This document shows, one piece after another, positions 9,953 to 19,326 of a DNA stretch of 64,000 nucleotides; position 1 is the stretch's first letter, and each line of letters begins with the position of its first letter. A model generated the notes under the pieces. The model had not been told where the DNA came from. It worked only from the letters and a program-made list of their open reading frames with translations, and did not search any database. Origin of the DNA: an uncultured Poribacteria bacterium (GTDB lineage Bacteria > Poribacteria > WGA-4E > WGA-3G); assembly GCA_958296135.2 (NCBI GenBank), contig CATQHZ020000001.1, positions 2,720,001 through 2,784,000 on the forward strand, in the 5' to 3' direction. Made by a program: the position numbers and the translations under genes.

Positions 9953-12900
9953 CTAGAACTCTCTTTCTTCGCCAATCTTGGCATGTTCAATGCCCCCATC
10001 CAGTTCTTCCACGTATTCATCAATCCATCGTTTGACATTTGCATCACCTTCAGTCTCTCTGATGCGAAGCAGCTTCTCTCTTTTCCGATCAAAGTGCAAG
10101 CTGCGATCCCCAGTCCAAGATTCCGTGGAATAATTTGCGCGCAGGTTCCTGCGGACATCTTCCCGTTCGCCATAACGAACGAGCGTTGCCCGCGCGAAAG
10201 AATTTGGCCATTCTTCGACAGAAAGGGTGTGGGGAACGAGTCTGTATGCGAAATACCACGCCCGGTTTTCCACGTCCTGATTAACCCATTCCCAAATTTT
10301 TTCGCGTGGGATGAAGGATAACGTTCCTCCTTCTTCCTCGATTGACGATGAATAGCTCCCCGTGAGCCAACTTTCTAGGGACGAAAAGCAGTTTTCCGGT
10401 CCCAAGTGTTTGCTCACGAGCCCCCACACGACTGCAGGGTAGCGTTTCGTGATCTCAGTAAGCACCGATTCAGCATCGGTATTGATTCCGCCAACGATGG
10501 TGCCCCTCTCACCGAAGTGAGCAACCATTAACGCTACAAGCTCCAAACTCTTTTCTGGCCAGCGATTTAGGAACGTTTTCCCAATTTCCGCCCAGAAGTG
10601 GTATGTCATTGCAATATTAAAAGGGGCTCCATCCGATTCTTCAAATAGCACCGGATGAGCAAGCAATCGGTACGCCAATTCAAGCCGCAAGGCTCGGTTT
10701 TCCCGCTCGTGAATATAGTAGAAATAATACAACGGGATTGCAATTGAGATAGCTAACTTATCCGAGCAAGTCAGCAAGAACTCAATCCATGCTGTGAACG
10801 TTTCGTCGGACAAGTTGTCAATAATCTTGCCAGCGACAAAAAGTCCGAAGGCATTGGTACCAATAACCCCCTTTTTGGCAAGAGTGAGGAGGCGCGAACC
10901 AGCGCGATCTGTCAGGCCTGAATATTGCGTCAGTTCTGGAACCAACACATTCAAAGTGGTATCTTCACTTAACGTATCAAGTTGTTCTTCCCACTGTGCC
11001 ACGTCACTCTCAAACATCGTGCGGAAATAGCAGCCGAGAAAAAAGCCGCTTGCATCTTCTCCCGCGTTGCGTTGGGCATCCAGGAGAATTGGCAGCAGGG
11101 AAAAACCGTCGTCCCTATTCCCGAGCGCATATCCAAAGGTTCCCGCATTCTGTGCCGCCGTCGTGACGAGCCACGGCAGTTCTGTTCGTAAAAGAGATGG
11201 ATTCTCAATAGCTTGCTGCGCGAGGTTATGGACTTGCGGATGGCCGTGTTCAAGGTAATTTTTGTTTTCGTCAAACAGGTCCTCCTGCAAGGCCATCCCA
11301 ACATACCGGCGCATGAGGGACTGAAAATCATCTGGAACTAAGCTATCCCTGAGTTGCTCCCAGTGTTTTCGGGTTCCGTCAGGCAAGTCTTCGGCGGCAC
11401 CGCGAAGAAAGTCAACAACGGTTTTGATGAGTTGCTTTTCATCAACCAACGCCTCTTCCGCGAGCATCCGAAGCGTCTCCACAATCATATCGCTCAGATT
11501 CGCTATCTGTCCGAGTCCGTGGGCTTGCACAAGCAGAATGTTTGCGCCGTTTTTTTGTTCCTCCTCTGGCAAACGAGGCAATTGTTCGGCCAGAAGGTGC
11601 CAGACACGGCGGTAGGCATCAAAAAATTCGCCGCATGTCTGCGGATTCCAAAGTTGAGGTTCCTTGCGCAAGCCTTGATATTCTGGCCCCGCCATCCGCG
11701 AAAAACGCCTGGATTCTAACGCTACATCGCAAGCTTTCAACGCCAGCGCGCGTCTCTCCTTTGAACCCGATTCAAACGCCTCTTTCAAGATAGGAAACCG
11801 TTCTTCTGGAGAAGCCTCAGTAGGCGCGACTGGGCCGTATCCCGGCGAAAAGAGCCCCGCGAATACGCCGCTGGCGTTGTTTCTGCAAGTTTCATTCTCT
11901 GCTTCGCCGAGGGCGAGGAGCAACCGCGCTGCATCCGCAAACTGCTCACGCCACATGGCAATCTTTTCAAGAGCCCAGATCACATGCCTTCGTCCCTCTG
12001 TGAATTGCAACAGCGTCTCTTTATCCCAGGTGCCCAGCGTTCGTGTCAGGCACCTTAAGGCAGATTTCGGATCCGCTTCAGTCAGTGCCGAAAAAAAACG
12101 GCTACCCAACCTTGTGTTCAGATACGCATCATCCTGAAATGGCCCATCCGGACTGAGGAGGTCTTTGACGATTCTTGACGCAGCATCCGACTCGGCGGCG
12201 TACTGAAACATCTCATAGAACCACTCAACCAACTCCGATTTTAAGCCTTGGGTGAATTCCTCAAGATTGAAGAGCCGCCCATAAGTGTCCCACCACTCTG
12301 TCCATAACTTGATATGGAGTGCCTTTGGGGTGATGTAAAGCGTAAACTCGCCTTGCAGGATTTTGCGGTCTCTTAGCTCTTTAACAATTTCCTGAAAGTC
12401 TATCCAGGGAACCTTCGCCTTTTTGGCGATAGATTGGGCTTCAGCGATAACCGATCGCTCAAAACCGAACCGTTTAAAGAGCGCAAGGTGTCGAAGCACT
12501 CGCTGACGCTGTTTGACTTTTTGGCTGGCTGGATCGTCGTTCCCGGCAACGTAACGTCCCCAAATATCGACCGTGCTCGGCGTTTTTAGCACGTCATCTG
12601 GATGCCTCACCAAGTTCCCCGCGATGACATGCGCGACTCTCGGAGAGCCGCTACAGAGTTCAGCCCAACGATCGGCTTGGAAATCCAAAATAGGCATATA
12701 GTTCTGGATGATTCGGCGAATTTGCTCGTTATCAAGCGGCGGTATGTCATGGTAGATGATACCCCCGGACCTCGCCTCGTAATCATTAGAGATAGTAACC
12801 AATTTGATCCGCGCACCGCGATATTTGAGTTTATTCCAGATATCAAAACTGCGACCCGAATCGCACTCGTCAATCACCAAAATGGCGGTGAATGGGTTAT

Positions 12901-13747
12901 CGTCCCGGACGAGTTCATTCATCAAAACGCTATTCCGAAACTGAGCCGCGGTGCAATAGACAACCAGCGGCACTAAATCTTCTGCAGCCCGTGTGGCCTC
13001 AAAAACCAGCCTCGTTTTGCCGATGCCGGGTTCCCCCAACACACGCACATGAACCGTATCATCGTTCTGCCGCAGTTCATTTTGGATTTGTGAAATCAAC
13101 TCGTTCTGTGCTTGCCCTGGGACAAATTCAACACGCATGTCTGCATTTTGCGACCAGCTCTGATGCGTCTGAAACTGCGCATGACTGCGTCCATTAACTT
13201 GCAGTGCCAACGATGGAAACTCGTTAAGAAAACCGATTAAAGTGTTCTGGCCCCACACCTCAATCTTGGGATTTTGATAACCACATCTTTCGTTTAGAAG
13301 GGACTTGATGTGACAGAGAGCCTTGCTACGCTGGCTAGCAGAAAGTTCAATACCGGTGCAAACCAAAACGTAAGTGCCATTATCATCAAGACAGGCCTTG
13401 ATGCTTTCTCCAAGTTTTTTTGGCCGGCTTTTTGTGCCGAAGAATTCCTTAAGGATTTCGGATTTTTGCGACGGTTTGAACTCACCGGCTTTAATTTGGT
13501 AACTGGTCTTCCCGGGCTTAATTAGCCCGTTTTCCTCGGTGATTTGAGCATCATCAACGGTAGCATCAACCCCACCATCTTGGACATTAACCCAACTGGG
13601 ACCGGGGACGTTAATCTTATTGATTCCTAGCCCGATCTTGTGGGCTTCGGCCCAAAGCAACTGCTGAAAGAAATCAACCGCTGCCCGATCATTAAGCCGG
13701 CCGAGGTCTTCATTTGTTACGGTGAAAATGTTATGGTGATTCATCAC
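9953..13747 (-). CDS. Large STAND-type NTPase with N-terminal PD-(D/E)XK-like nuclease (Avs-like defence candidate)
   Basis: DGGVDA...YQIK N-terminal motif, Walker A GEPGIGKT, Walker B LVIDEC, GSP motif, long helical C-terminus; 1264 aa. Confidence 0.65.
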   Translation of the reverse strand: MMNHHNIFTVTNEDLGRLNDRAAVDFFQQLLWAEAHKIGLGINKINVPGPSWVNVQDGGVDATVDDAQITEENGLIKPGKTSYQIKAGEFKPSQKSEILKEFFGTKSRPKKLGESIKACLDDNGTYVLVCTGIELSASQRSKALCHIKSLLNERCGYQNPKIEVWGQNTLIGFLNEFPSLALQVNGRSHAQFQTHQSWSQNADMRVEFVPGQAQNELISQIQNELRQNDDTVHVRVLGEPGIGKTRLVFEATRAAEDLVPLVVYCTAAQFRNSVLMNELVRDDNPFTAILVIDECDSGRSFDIWNKLKYRGARIKLVTISNDYEARSGGIIYHDIPPLDNEQIRRIIQNYMPILDFQADRWAELCSGSPRVAHVIAGNLVRHPDDVLKTPSTVDIWGRYVAGNDDPASQKVKQRQRVLRHLALFKRFGFERSVIAEAQSIAKKAKVPWIDFQEIVKELRDRKILQGEFTLYITPKALHIKLWTEWWDTYGRLFNLEEFTQGLKSELVEWFYEMFQYAAESDAASRIVKDLLSPDGPFQDDAYLNTRLGSRFFSALTEADPKSALRCLTRTLGTWDKETLLQFTEGRRHVIWALEKIAMWREQFADAARLLLALGEAENETCRNNASGVFAGLFSPGYGPVAPTEASPEERFPILKEAFESGSKERRALALKACDVALESRRFSRMAGPEYQGLRKEPQLWNPQTCGEFFDAYRRVWHLLAEQLPRLPEEEQKNGANILLVQAHGLGQIANLSDMIVETLRMLAEEALVDEKQLIKTVVDFLRGAAEDLPDGTRKHWEQLRDSLVPDDFQSLMRRYVGMALQEDLFDENKNYLEHGHPQVHNLAQQAIENPSLLRTELPWLVTTAAQNAGTFGYALGNRDDGFSLLPILLDAQRNAGEDASGFFLGCYFRTMFESDVAQWEEQLDTLSEDTTLNVLVPELTQYSGLTDRAGSRLLTLAKKGVIGTNAFGLFVAGKIIDNLSDETFTAWIEFLLTCSDKLAISIAIPLYYFYYIHERENRALRLELAYRLLAHPVLFEESDGAPFNIAMTYHFWAEIGKTFLNRWPEKSLELVALMVAHFGERGTIVGGINTDAESVLTEITKRYPAVVWGLVSKHLGPENCFSSLESWLTGSYSSSIEEEGGTLSFIPREKIWEWVNQDVENRAWYFAYRLVPHTLSVEEWPNSFARATLVRYGEREDVRRNLRANYSTESWTGDRSLHFDRKREKLLRIRETEGDANVKRWIDEYVEELDGGIEHAKIGEEREF

Positions 13748-13844
13748 TTCACTCCAAAAGATTTAGGATATAAATAGGATACCACATTTCGCGCTTCCAT
13801 GTCAAATTAATTTCAACGCAGTGTTTTTGCGCGATAAAATTTGA

Positions 13845-15410
13845 CTATTCAAGAAGCCGAAGAGTTCGCTGAATGCTGGCTTTAAGGCTCTCATCGCCAG
13901 TCTTTTCCGCGAGCCTCAATGCAGTCCACAAATCCTGCTTCGCTTCCCAAGTCCGACCTAGCAAAGCCTTCGCGAGTCCCCGACTGTAATAGGCAAGGAC
14001 AAAATCGGGTTTGAGGCGAATCGCTTGGGTGTAATCAGAGATGGATGCCTCATATTGCTCCAGATTAGCCTTCGCACTTCCCCGATTGTTGTAGGCAGCG
14101 GCATTATCGGGTTTGAGGTGAATCGCCATATCATAGTCGGAGATAGCAGGAAAGTATTGCTCCAGATTAGCCTTCGCATTTCCCCGATTGTAGTAGGCAG
14201 CGGCATCATCGGGTTTCAGACGAATTGCTATATCGTAATCAGAGATGGCGGCAAAGTATTGCTCCAGATTAGCCTTCGCACTTCCCCGATTGTTGTAGGC
14301 AGCGGCATTATCGGGTTTGAGGTGAATCGCCATATCATAGTCGGAGATAGCAGGAAAGTATTGCTCCAGATTAGCCTTCGCATTTCCCCGATTGTAGTAG
14401 GCAGCGGCATCATCGGGTTTCAGACGAATTGCTATATCGTAATCAGAGATGGCGGCAAAGTATTGCTTCAGACTATACTTCGCGACTCCCCGATTGTAGT
14501 AGGCAGCGGCATCATCAGGTTTAAGGCGAATCGCCATATCATAATCAGCAATGGCAGCAGCATATTGCTCCAGATTATACTTCGCACCTCCCCGATTGTA
14601 GTAGGCTACAGCATCATCGGGTTTGAGGCGAATCGCCATATCATAATCAGCAATGGCGGCATGATACAGTCCCAACTCATATTTCGCATGTCCCCAACTG
14701 AAGTAAGTCTCCGCAGATATGGATCGGCTATTCTGCAACAAAGGTTTCGCAGGACGCGCCTTCGCAAGCAATGCCTTCAAATAGTTTGATGGAATCGCAA
14801 AATTCAGATTCTGCGCGTCAAGCGCACGATGAACCGAAACCGAAATCCCGATAACCTCTCCCTCGCTATTCAGCACAGGTCCGCCGCTACTGCCCGGTGA
14901 AATGGGTGCTGTCATCTGAAGCCGCTTTTTCGGATAGCTTTCTCGGCGGCTGATGATGCCGTTGGAGAAGGTGCCTTCCAACCCTTTCGGGTTGCCAGCG
15001 ACGTAGACTGTCGCTCCGATATTCACGGTATCGCTGTCGCCGAGGGGTAACGGGGTGACTCCATACGCGGTGACTTTCAGAACAGCGAGATCGTTGTCCT
15101 TATCGGTGGCGACGATGCCTTCAATTTTATACCGCGTGTATTTGCCGACTAACTTAGCGGTGCCTTGTGCTGCGCCTTCAATAACGTGGAAGTTGGTGGC
15201 AATCTGGTTCGGTTTGACGAAGAAGCCGCTGCCAAAACCGAGCGTCTTGCCGGTGCTGTCTTTCATCTCTAAATAGACGGTGGCGGCTAACGCTTTCTGG
15301 GCAATCTGCTCGGTGGTTAAGGCGGATGCGCCAGTTGTTATGGAGAAGAAAAGCAGTGCCGCGATGATGTAAGGGAGTCGTCTCCACAAGAATTCGGTTT
15401 TGTAGTTCAC
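13845..15410 (-). CDS. Exported trypsin-like serine protease with C-terminal TPR array
   Basis: Signal-like N-terminus, GSGF, TNFHVI, DLAVL, ISPGSSGGP, then ~8 TPRs. Confidence 0.9.
   Translation of the reverse strand: MNYKTEFLWRRLPYIIAALLFFSITTGASALTTEQIAQKALAATVYLEMKDSTGKTLGFGSGFFVKPNQIATNFHVIEGAAQGTAKLVGKYTRYKIEGIVATDKDNDLAVLKVTAYGVTPLPLGDSDTVNIGATVYVAGNPKGLEGTFSNGIISRRESYPKKRLQMTAPISPGSSGGPVLNSEGEVIGISVSVHRALDAQNLNFAIPSNYLKALLAKARPAKPLLQNSRSISAETYFSWGHAKYELGLYHAAIADYDMAIRLKPDDAVAYYNRGGAKYNLEQYAAAIADYDMAIRLKPDDAAAYYNRGVAKYSLKQYFAAISDYDIAIRLKPDDAAAYYNRGNAKANLEQYFPAISDYDMAIHLKPDNAAAYNNRGSAKANLEQYFAAISDYDIAIRLKPDDAAAYYNRGNAKANLEQYFPAISDYDMAIHLKPDNAAAYNNRGSAKANLEQYEASISDYTQAIRLKPDFVLAYYSRGLAKALLGRTWEAKQDLWTALRLAEKTGDESLKASIQRTLRLLE
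14053..14467. repeat. Near-perfect 204-bp tandem duplication (two TPR units) within a 102-bp TPR array
   Basis: TATTGCTCCAGATTAGCCTTCGCACTTCC at 14053 and 14257; identity continues over the whole unit. Confidence 0.9.
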
Positions 15411-15522
15411 CTGGGTCTCCTTTTTGGATCGGGAGATTGCGAGGGACAGGTTTTCCCTCGCGCCACGGGTTAATACGGTTCCGGCTCAGGCGAGCCAGAA
15501 CTACAGACGGTGATGCTACCTC

Positions 15523-16374
15523 TTAACCAAGTGCAGCGAGATTTTGCCGAAGAGCTGCGATAACCCTCGGGTCTCCGCCTTCGGCGAGTTTCAACGCCTT
15601 TTGGATATCCTGCTTCGCCTCCGTGATGCGGCCGAGCATCGCCTTTGCGAGGCCGCGTCCGCCATACGCGCCCAGATCATCGGGATTCCGGCGGAGGACC
15701 TCGTCGAAATCTTCAATCGCGGCTTCCGTTTGTCCGAGGGCCGCCTTTGCAAACCCGCGTTTGCTATAGGTGTCAACCACGGCGGGTGCCAAGCGGATAG
15801 CGATGTCGTAATCGTCAACAGCGGCTTGGAATTGTCCGAGGTTCGCCCGCTCGAATCCGCGATTGCTGTAGGAGATAGCTTGCTCCGGGTTGAATCGGAT
15901 TGCCTCGGTGAAGTCCGAGATTGCCGCTTCAGATTTCCCGAATTTTGCCATCACAACGCCGCGGTTATGGTATGCCTCGGCATAATCGGGGTTTAATCGG
16001 ATTGCCTCGTCGAAGTCTTCAACAGCCTCATCGAATCTGCTCAAGATCATCTTCGCGTTACCGCGACTGCGGTAGGCTTGCGCCGCGCTCGGCATGAGGC
16101 GGATCGCGGTGTCGTAGTCTTCAATGGCAGCTTGGTAATCATCCCATAGCTGTGCCTTTAACACACCGCGGTTGTGGTATGCCTCGGCGTAATCCGGGAA
16201 GAGGCGGATCGCCTCCTCAAATTCCGCAAGGGCGGCTTCCTGTTGCCCGAGCTCCACTTTCGCATTGCCCTCGTCAAAATGCTTGAGTGCCGCCGCTAAC
16301 ACTTCGTTTGGATATTGCGACATCCGGGCGAATTGCACTTCCTGTTCCTCTGAGACATTGCCGTTATCTTTCAT
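15523..16374 (-). CDS. TPR repeat protein
   Basis: ~7 TPRs (AEAYHNRG...AIRL.P). Confidence 0.9.
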   Translation of the reverse strand: MKDNGNVSEEQEVQFARMSQYPNEVLAAALKHFDEGNAKVELGQQEAALAEFEEAIRLFPDYAEAYHNRGVLKAQLWDDYQAAIEDYDTAIRLMPSAAQAYRSRGNAKMILSRFDEAVEDFDEAIRLNPDYAEAYHNRGVVMAKFGKSEAAISDFTEAIRFNPEQAISYSNRGFERANLGQFQAAVDDYDIAIRLAPAVVDTYSKRGFAKAALGQTEAAIEDFDEVLRRNPDDLGAYGGRGLAKAMLGRITEAKQDIQKALKLAEGGDPRVIAALRQNLAALG

Positions 16375-16420
16375 TGAGTCGTCGTTCTCCTTTTTATAGA
16401 ATCTACGCGGAAACGAATGC

Positions 16421-16486
16421 CGTGGGCTCGCTTACAAAGCGCGCCTACCGGCACATAAAGGCAGATATAGAAATCCGCCCTTACAG
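16421..16486 (-). repeat. Adjacent REP family B and family D copies
   Basis: Family B (CCGGTAGGCGCGCTTTGTAAGCGAGCC). Family D (TGTAAGGGCGGATTTCTATATCTGCC) also occurs at 22251-22277 and 48572-48598. Confidence 0.7.
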
Positions 16487-17188
16487 CGGGCACCAGGCTA
16501 TGACGGTGCCGAAACTGGCAAACGCGCTGTTTTCACCGCTGGTCAGGATACGCGAGCCTTGGACGACGATGCGCGCGTCGCAGCTCGTGATTTTGTAACT
16601 GACCGGCGCGTCTTTGGCGATGAGCGGTTTGCCATCTTCGCCTTTCAGTTTATCTATGCGATAATGCACGGAACGGTGCGCCGGCACCTCAAACTCGCAA
16701 GAGACGTTCTCCATCGACGTATCCTCATAAAGCACCTCTAACAGACACCGGGTCCCCCGGTCTGACGTGTTGGAGATGCAGATGGATTCGTGCGAGAAAT
16801 AGCCCCCGCCATCTCGTTCCCATTTCTGTTCTGTCGTGGTTAACGCCGCCATGTAACCGTCCGGGATGAGCCAGACATACGCACCGTCGCCATCGGAATC
16901 ATAGTGCGTGAGTGCCGCCGCGATTTCCTCGGGTCCCGTAATTTTATGCACGGAAGCAATGAGAAAGCGTTGGTAGAACTCGATTCCCTCAATCGGTGCG
17001 GCGTTTTGAAGTTGTCCTGTCACGTTGAGACAGAGCCGGTTTTCCGGTAGCATCGCGAGGTGACTGATGCCTTGTGATGCCAGCCAGTCGCCGAACGTAT
17101 CGTTCAAAAGAGAGTTTAAAGTATCAAAATTCGGGATCTGTGCCTGTTGGTATTCTTGGATCGTTGTCAATAGGGTTTCAAAGTTCAT
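16481..17188 (-). CDS. Protein with C-terminal ASRT (sensory rhodopsin transducer-like) domain
   Basis: WLIPDGY...SHESICISN...VPAHRSVH...IVVQGSR. Start trimmed to ATG 17188. Confidence 0.65.
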   Translation of the reverse strand: MNFETLLTTIQEYQQAQIPNFDTLNSLLNDTFGDWLASQGISHLAMLPENRLCLNVTGQLQNAAPIEGIEFYQRFLIASVHKITGPEEIAAALTHYDSDGDGAYVWLIPDGYMAALTTTEQKWERDGGGYFSHESICISNTSDRGTRCLLEVLYEDTSMENVSCEFEVPAHRSVHYRIDKLKGEDGKPLIAKDAPVSYKITSCDARIVVQGSRILTSGENSAFASFGTVIAWCPL

Positions 17189-17211
17189 CGTGTGTCTCGG
17201 TTTTTTTCTCC

Positions 17212-17643
17212 TTACACCATCCATCGTTCGCCGATGCCGAGGGCGGCGGTTAACGCCTGCAGCAGCACTATTTCTGGCGAGGCACCGACAAATCGGCGAT
17301 GCGCGTCAATGTAGGTGCCGTAATCTGCCGCCCATTCGCGAAGACAGGTCTGGTATTCCCATCCATAGACGGTTTGACGGAATACGGCGGTTTCTGGATA
17401 CGGAAGCTTCTCCGCCAAGAGCGCGAGGAGTTGGGCGCGCGTGGGGAGCCATAAGTTTTCCGGTTCCTCCGGTTCTGCCAGTAGAGCGCGAGGGACAGGC
17501 CCTCGCACTACGGGTTGGGCTGATTCTGCCAGGCACTCGCGAGAGACAGGCCCTCGCACTACGGGTTGGGGACATTTTTCCGGGCGCAGTGCCTGAATTT
17601 CGGGGTGGCGGCACATCGCGACGTATTCTTGCGGCAGGTTCAT
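17212..17643 (-). CDS. Hypothetical protein with two in-frame REP-derived repeats
   Basis: Operon position; QPVVRGPV repeated with a 51-bp period. Confidence 0.7.
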   Translation of the reverse strand: MNLPQEYVAMCRHPEIQALRPEKCPQPVVRGPVSRECLAESAQPVVRGPVPRALLAEPEEPENLWLPTRAQLLALLAEKLPYPETAVFRQTVYGWEYQTCLREWAADYGTYIDAHRRFVGASPEIVLLQALTAALGIGERWMV

Positions 17644-17649
17644 CGGTTT

Positions 17650-18426
17650 TCACGACTGTGGTTGCGTTACCAATGCAGCGATGTCTTGCGGCAAACTCTC
17701 GCCGGTTTCCTCCTCAAATGCCGCGAGGCTTTCGTAATGCTTATGGAACTCCGCGCTCAGGGCCGCCTTCGCTTCAGCATAATCGGATTTGAGGCTGATT
17801 GCATCGCTATAATTCTCAATAGCGAATTCGTAGTAGCCTTTGTCCCGATAGGCGTTACCGCGGTAGTAATACGCCTCGGCAAACCGCGGTCTGAATTTTA
17901 TCGCCCTGCTGAAGTCTTTGATGGCACGCATCAGCGCGCCTTGCTCGTAATAAGCGGTGCCGCGGTTGATACAAGCATCCACAAAATTGTATCGACATTT
18001 TATGGCAGTGGAGTATTCTTCAATCGCTCGCGTCACATCGCCTTGAGCGTAGTAAATTTCGCCGAGCCGGTTGTATGCTTCGGCCAAATCAGACTGGCAT
18101 GTTATGGCGGTGTTATATTCCTCAATCGCTCGCGCCACATCGCCCTGAGCACGGTAGAGTTCGCCGAGATTGTAATAGGCGTAAGGATACCTCGGGTCAA
18201 GTTTCCTTGTAGTGTTAAAGTCCTCACCCGCCAAATCGTATTCGCCTTTAGCCAGATAAGCTAGGCCGCGATAACTATGTGCGTGCACTTGACCCGGTTT
18301 TAACTCAAGTGACTTATTAAAGTCCTCGATTGCCGGGTCGTATTCGTCAGCAGCCAACCTGAAACTGCCACGGATTAAATAGTGCGAGTGGAGGCTAACC
18401 CCGTTAATGACTCTATCTTCGCTCAT
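17650..18426 (-). CDS. TPR repeat protein
   Basis: MSEDRVING start has a GGAG RBS and an ATGA overlap with the upstream gene's native stop; ~6 TPRs. Confidence 0.8.
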   Translation of the reverse strand: MSEDRVINGVSLHSHYLIRGSFRLAADEYDPAIEDFNKSLELKPGQVHAHSYRGLAYLAKGEYDLAGEDFNTTRKLDPRYPYAYYNLGELYRAQGDVARAIEEYNTAITCQSDLAEAYNRLGEIYYAQGDVTRAIEEYSTAIKCRYNFVDACINRGTAYYEQGALMRAIKDFSRAIKFRPRFAEAYYYRGNAYRDKGYYEFAIENYSDAISLKSDYAEAKAALSAEFHKHYESLAAFEEETGESLPQDIAALVTQPQS

Positions 18427-19182
18427 AGGATTTCTCCATAGTAAGGTTTGATGAGATCCATGTCGTAATAGTGCTGTGACGTGTTCCTCTCCCAAAAACC
18501 GGGCGGATCGGCAAAGAGGGTTTCCTCCGAGATTCCCACATTTGCCAATTCGGTTCTCAGCACCGCTTTGTGGGCATGAGGAATGACGATTTCGTTGGAG
18601 ATCATTTCGTTGCGCACTTCGGAGAAACACGGAATATTGCCGGGTGATGCGTTGGGTGTCTACCAATCGGCTATCCAACGCCGGGGCCCAAAGATGCCAT
18701 TTGCTTCCAGCGGGGCCAAAAAAATTTTCTAACCCACTTTCAAGCTCTTTTATTGACTTTATCGCACAAATCTTATCACTGTCGTTTTCCAAAACAATGA
18801 CTTTGCCGCTTGCTTGCTTTTCTGCCACCGCACAGGCAAACCACAAGGCGACAAGCGGATTAAACGTAAAATCGATCAGCCCGGTCGCGACACCGTTATG
18901 TTGCAAGTGTGCCAGACACTCCAACGGAGACAGGCTGCGGTAGATCGAAGGGTATTCAAGTTGAACTTCATCTACGAGTTGAAGAAGATAACCCCAGCAC
19001 AGCGAGGGGAGTAACTGCGTCCGTCCCTTATAAACGCTTAACAAACGGCGAAGGACACCGCTTGTCACGTCCCACTCTGCGTCTTCCTGCCCGCGATACA
19101 GATGACTCTTCTCTGATGTTGCGAAATCGCCGATGTGGTTGAGGTAGTCTTCCAAACGCGAAATCTCAATAGGTGAATTCAT
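18423..19182 (-). pseudogene. FRG-domain gene, frameshifted near 18622
   Basis: LYRGQ, LQHNGVATGLIDFTFNPLVALWFAC, RITRQYSVF. The typical FRG tail (IVIP..K..L..EL..GI..TLF.D) is in another frame ending at 18423. Confidence 0.75.
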
Positions 19183-19279
19183 ACGCCGCTACTTCTATAC
19201 TCTTCGGAGTTCATATTATGATAACCTATTCGGTTGACAAATGTCAATCAAATTTCAGAGGATTTGCACAGAAATGGCC

Positions 19280-19311
19280 CCGGTAGGCGCGGTTACAGAC
19301 CGCGCCTACCG
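19280..19311. repeat. REP family B palindrome
   Basis: CGGTAGGCGCGGTTACAGACCGCGCCTACCG. Related copies at ~22288, 23276, 24133, 26858, 38097, 44238, 46093, 54702. Confidence 0.8.
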
Positions 19312-19326
19312 AATGGGCACGCCTAT

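Noticed and set aside
14053-14690. Repeats as a CRISPR array or DGR template/variable pair
   Set aside because: They are in-frame TPR codons with no spacers, and there is no reverse transcriptase or cas gene in the window.
16481-17188. ASRT domain as evidence of phototaxis
   Set aside because: There is no rhodopsin gene in the window, and the domain occurs widely without one.
17650-19182. 510-aa FRG-TPR ORF as a single native gene
   Set aside because: The native FRG tail is in another frame, and the TPR part has its own RBS and ATGA coupling.
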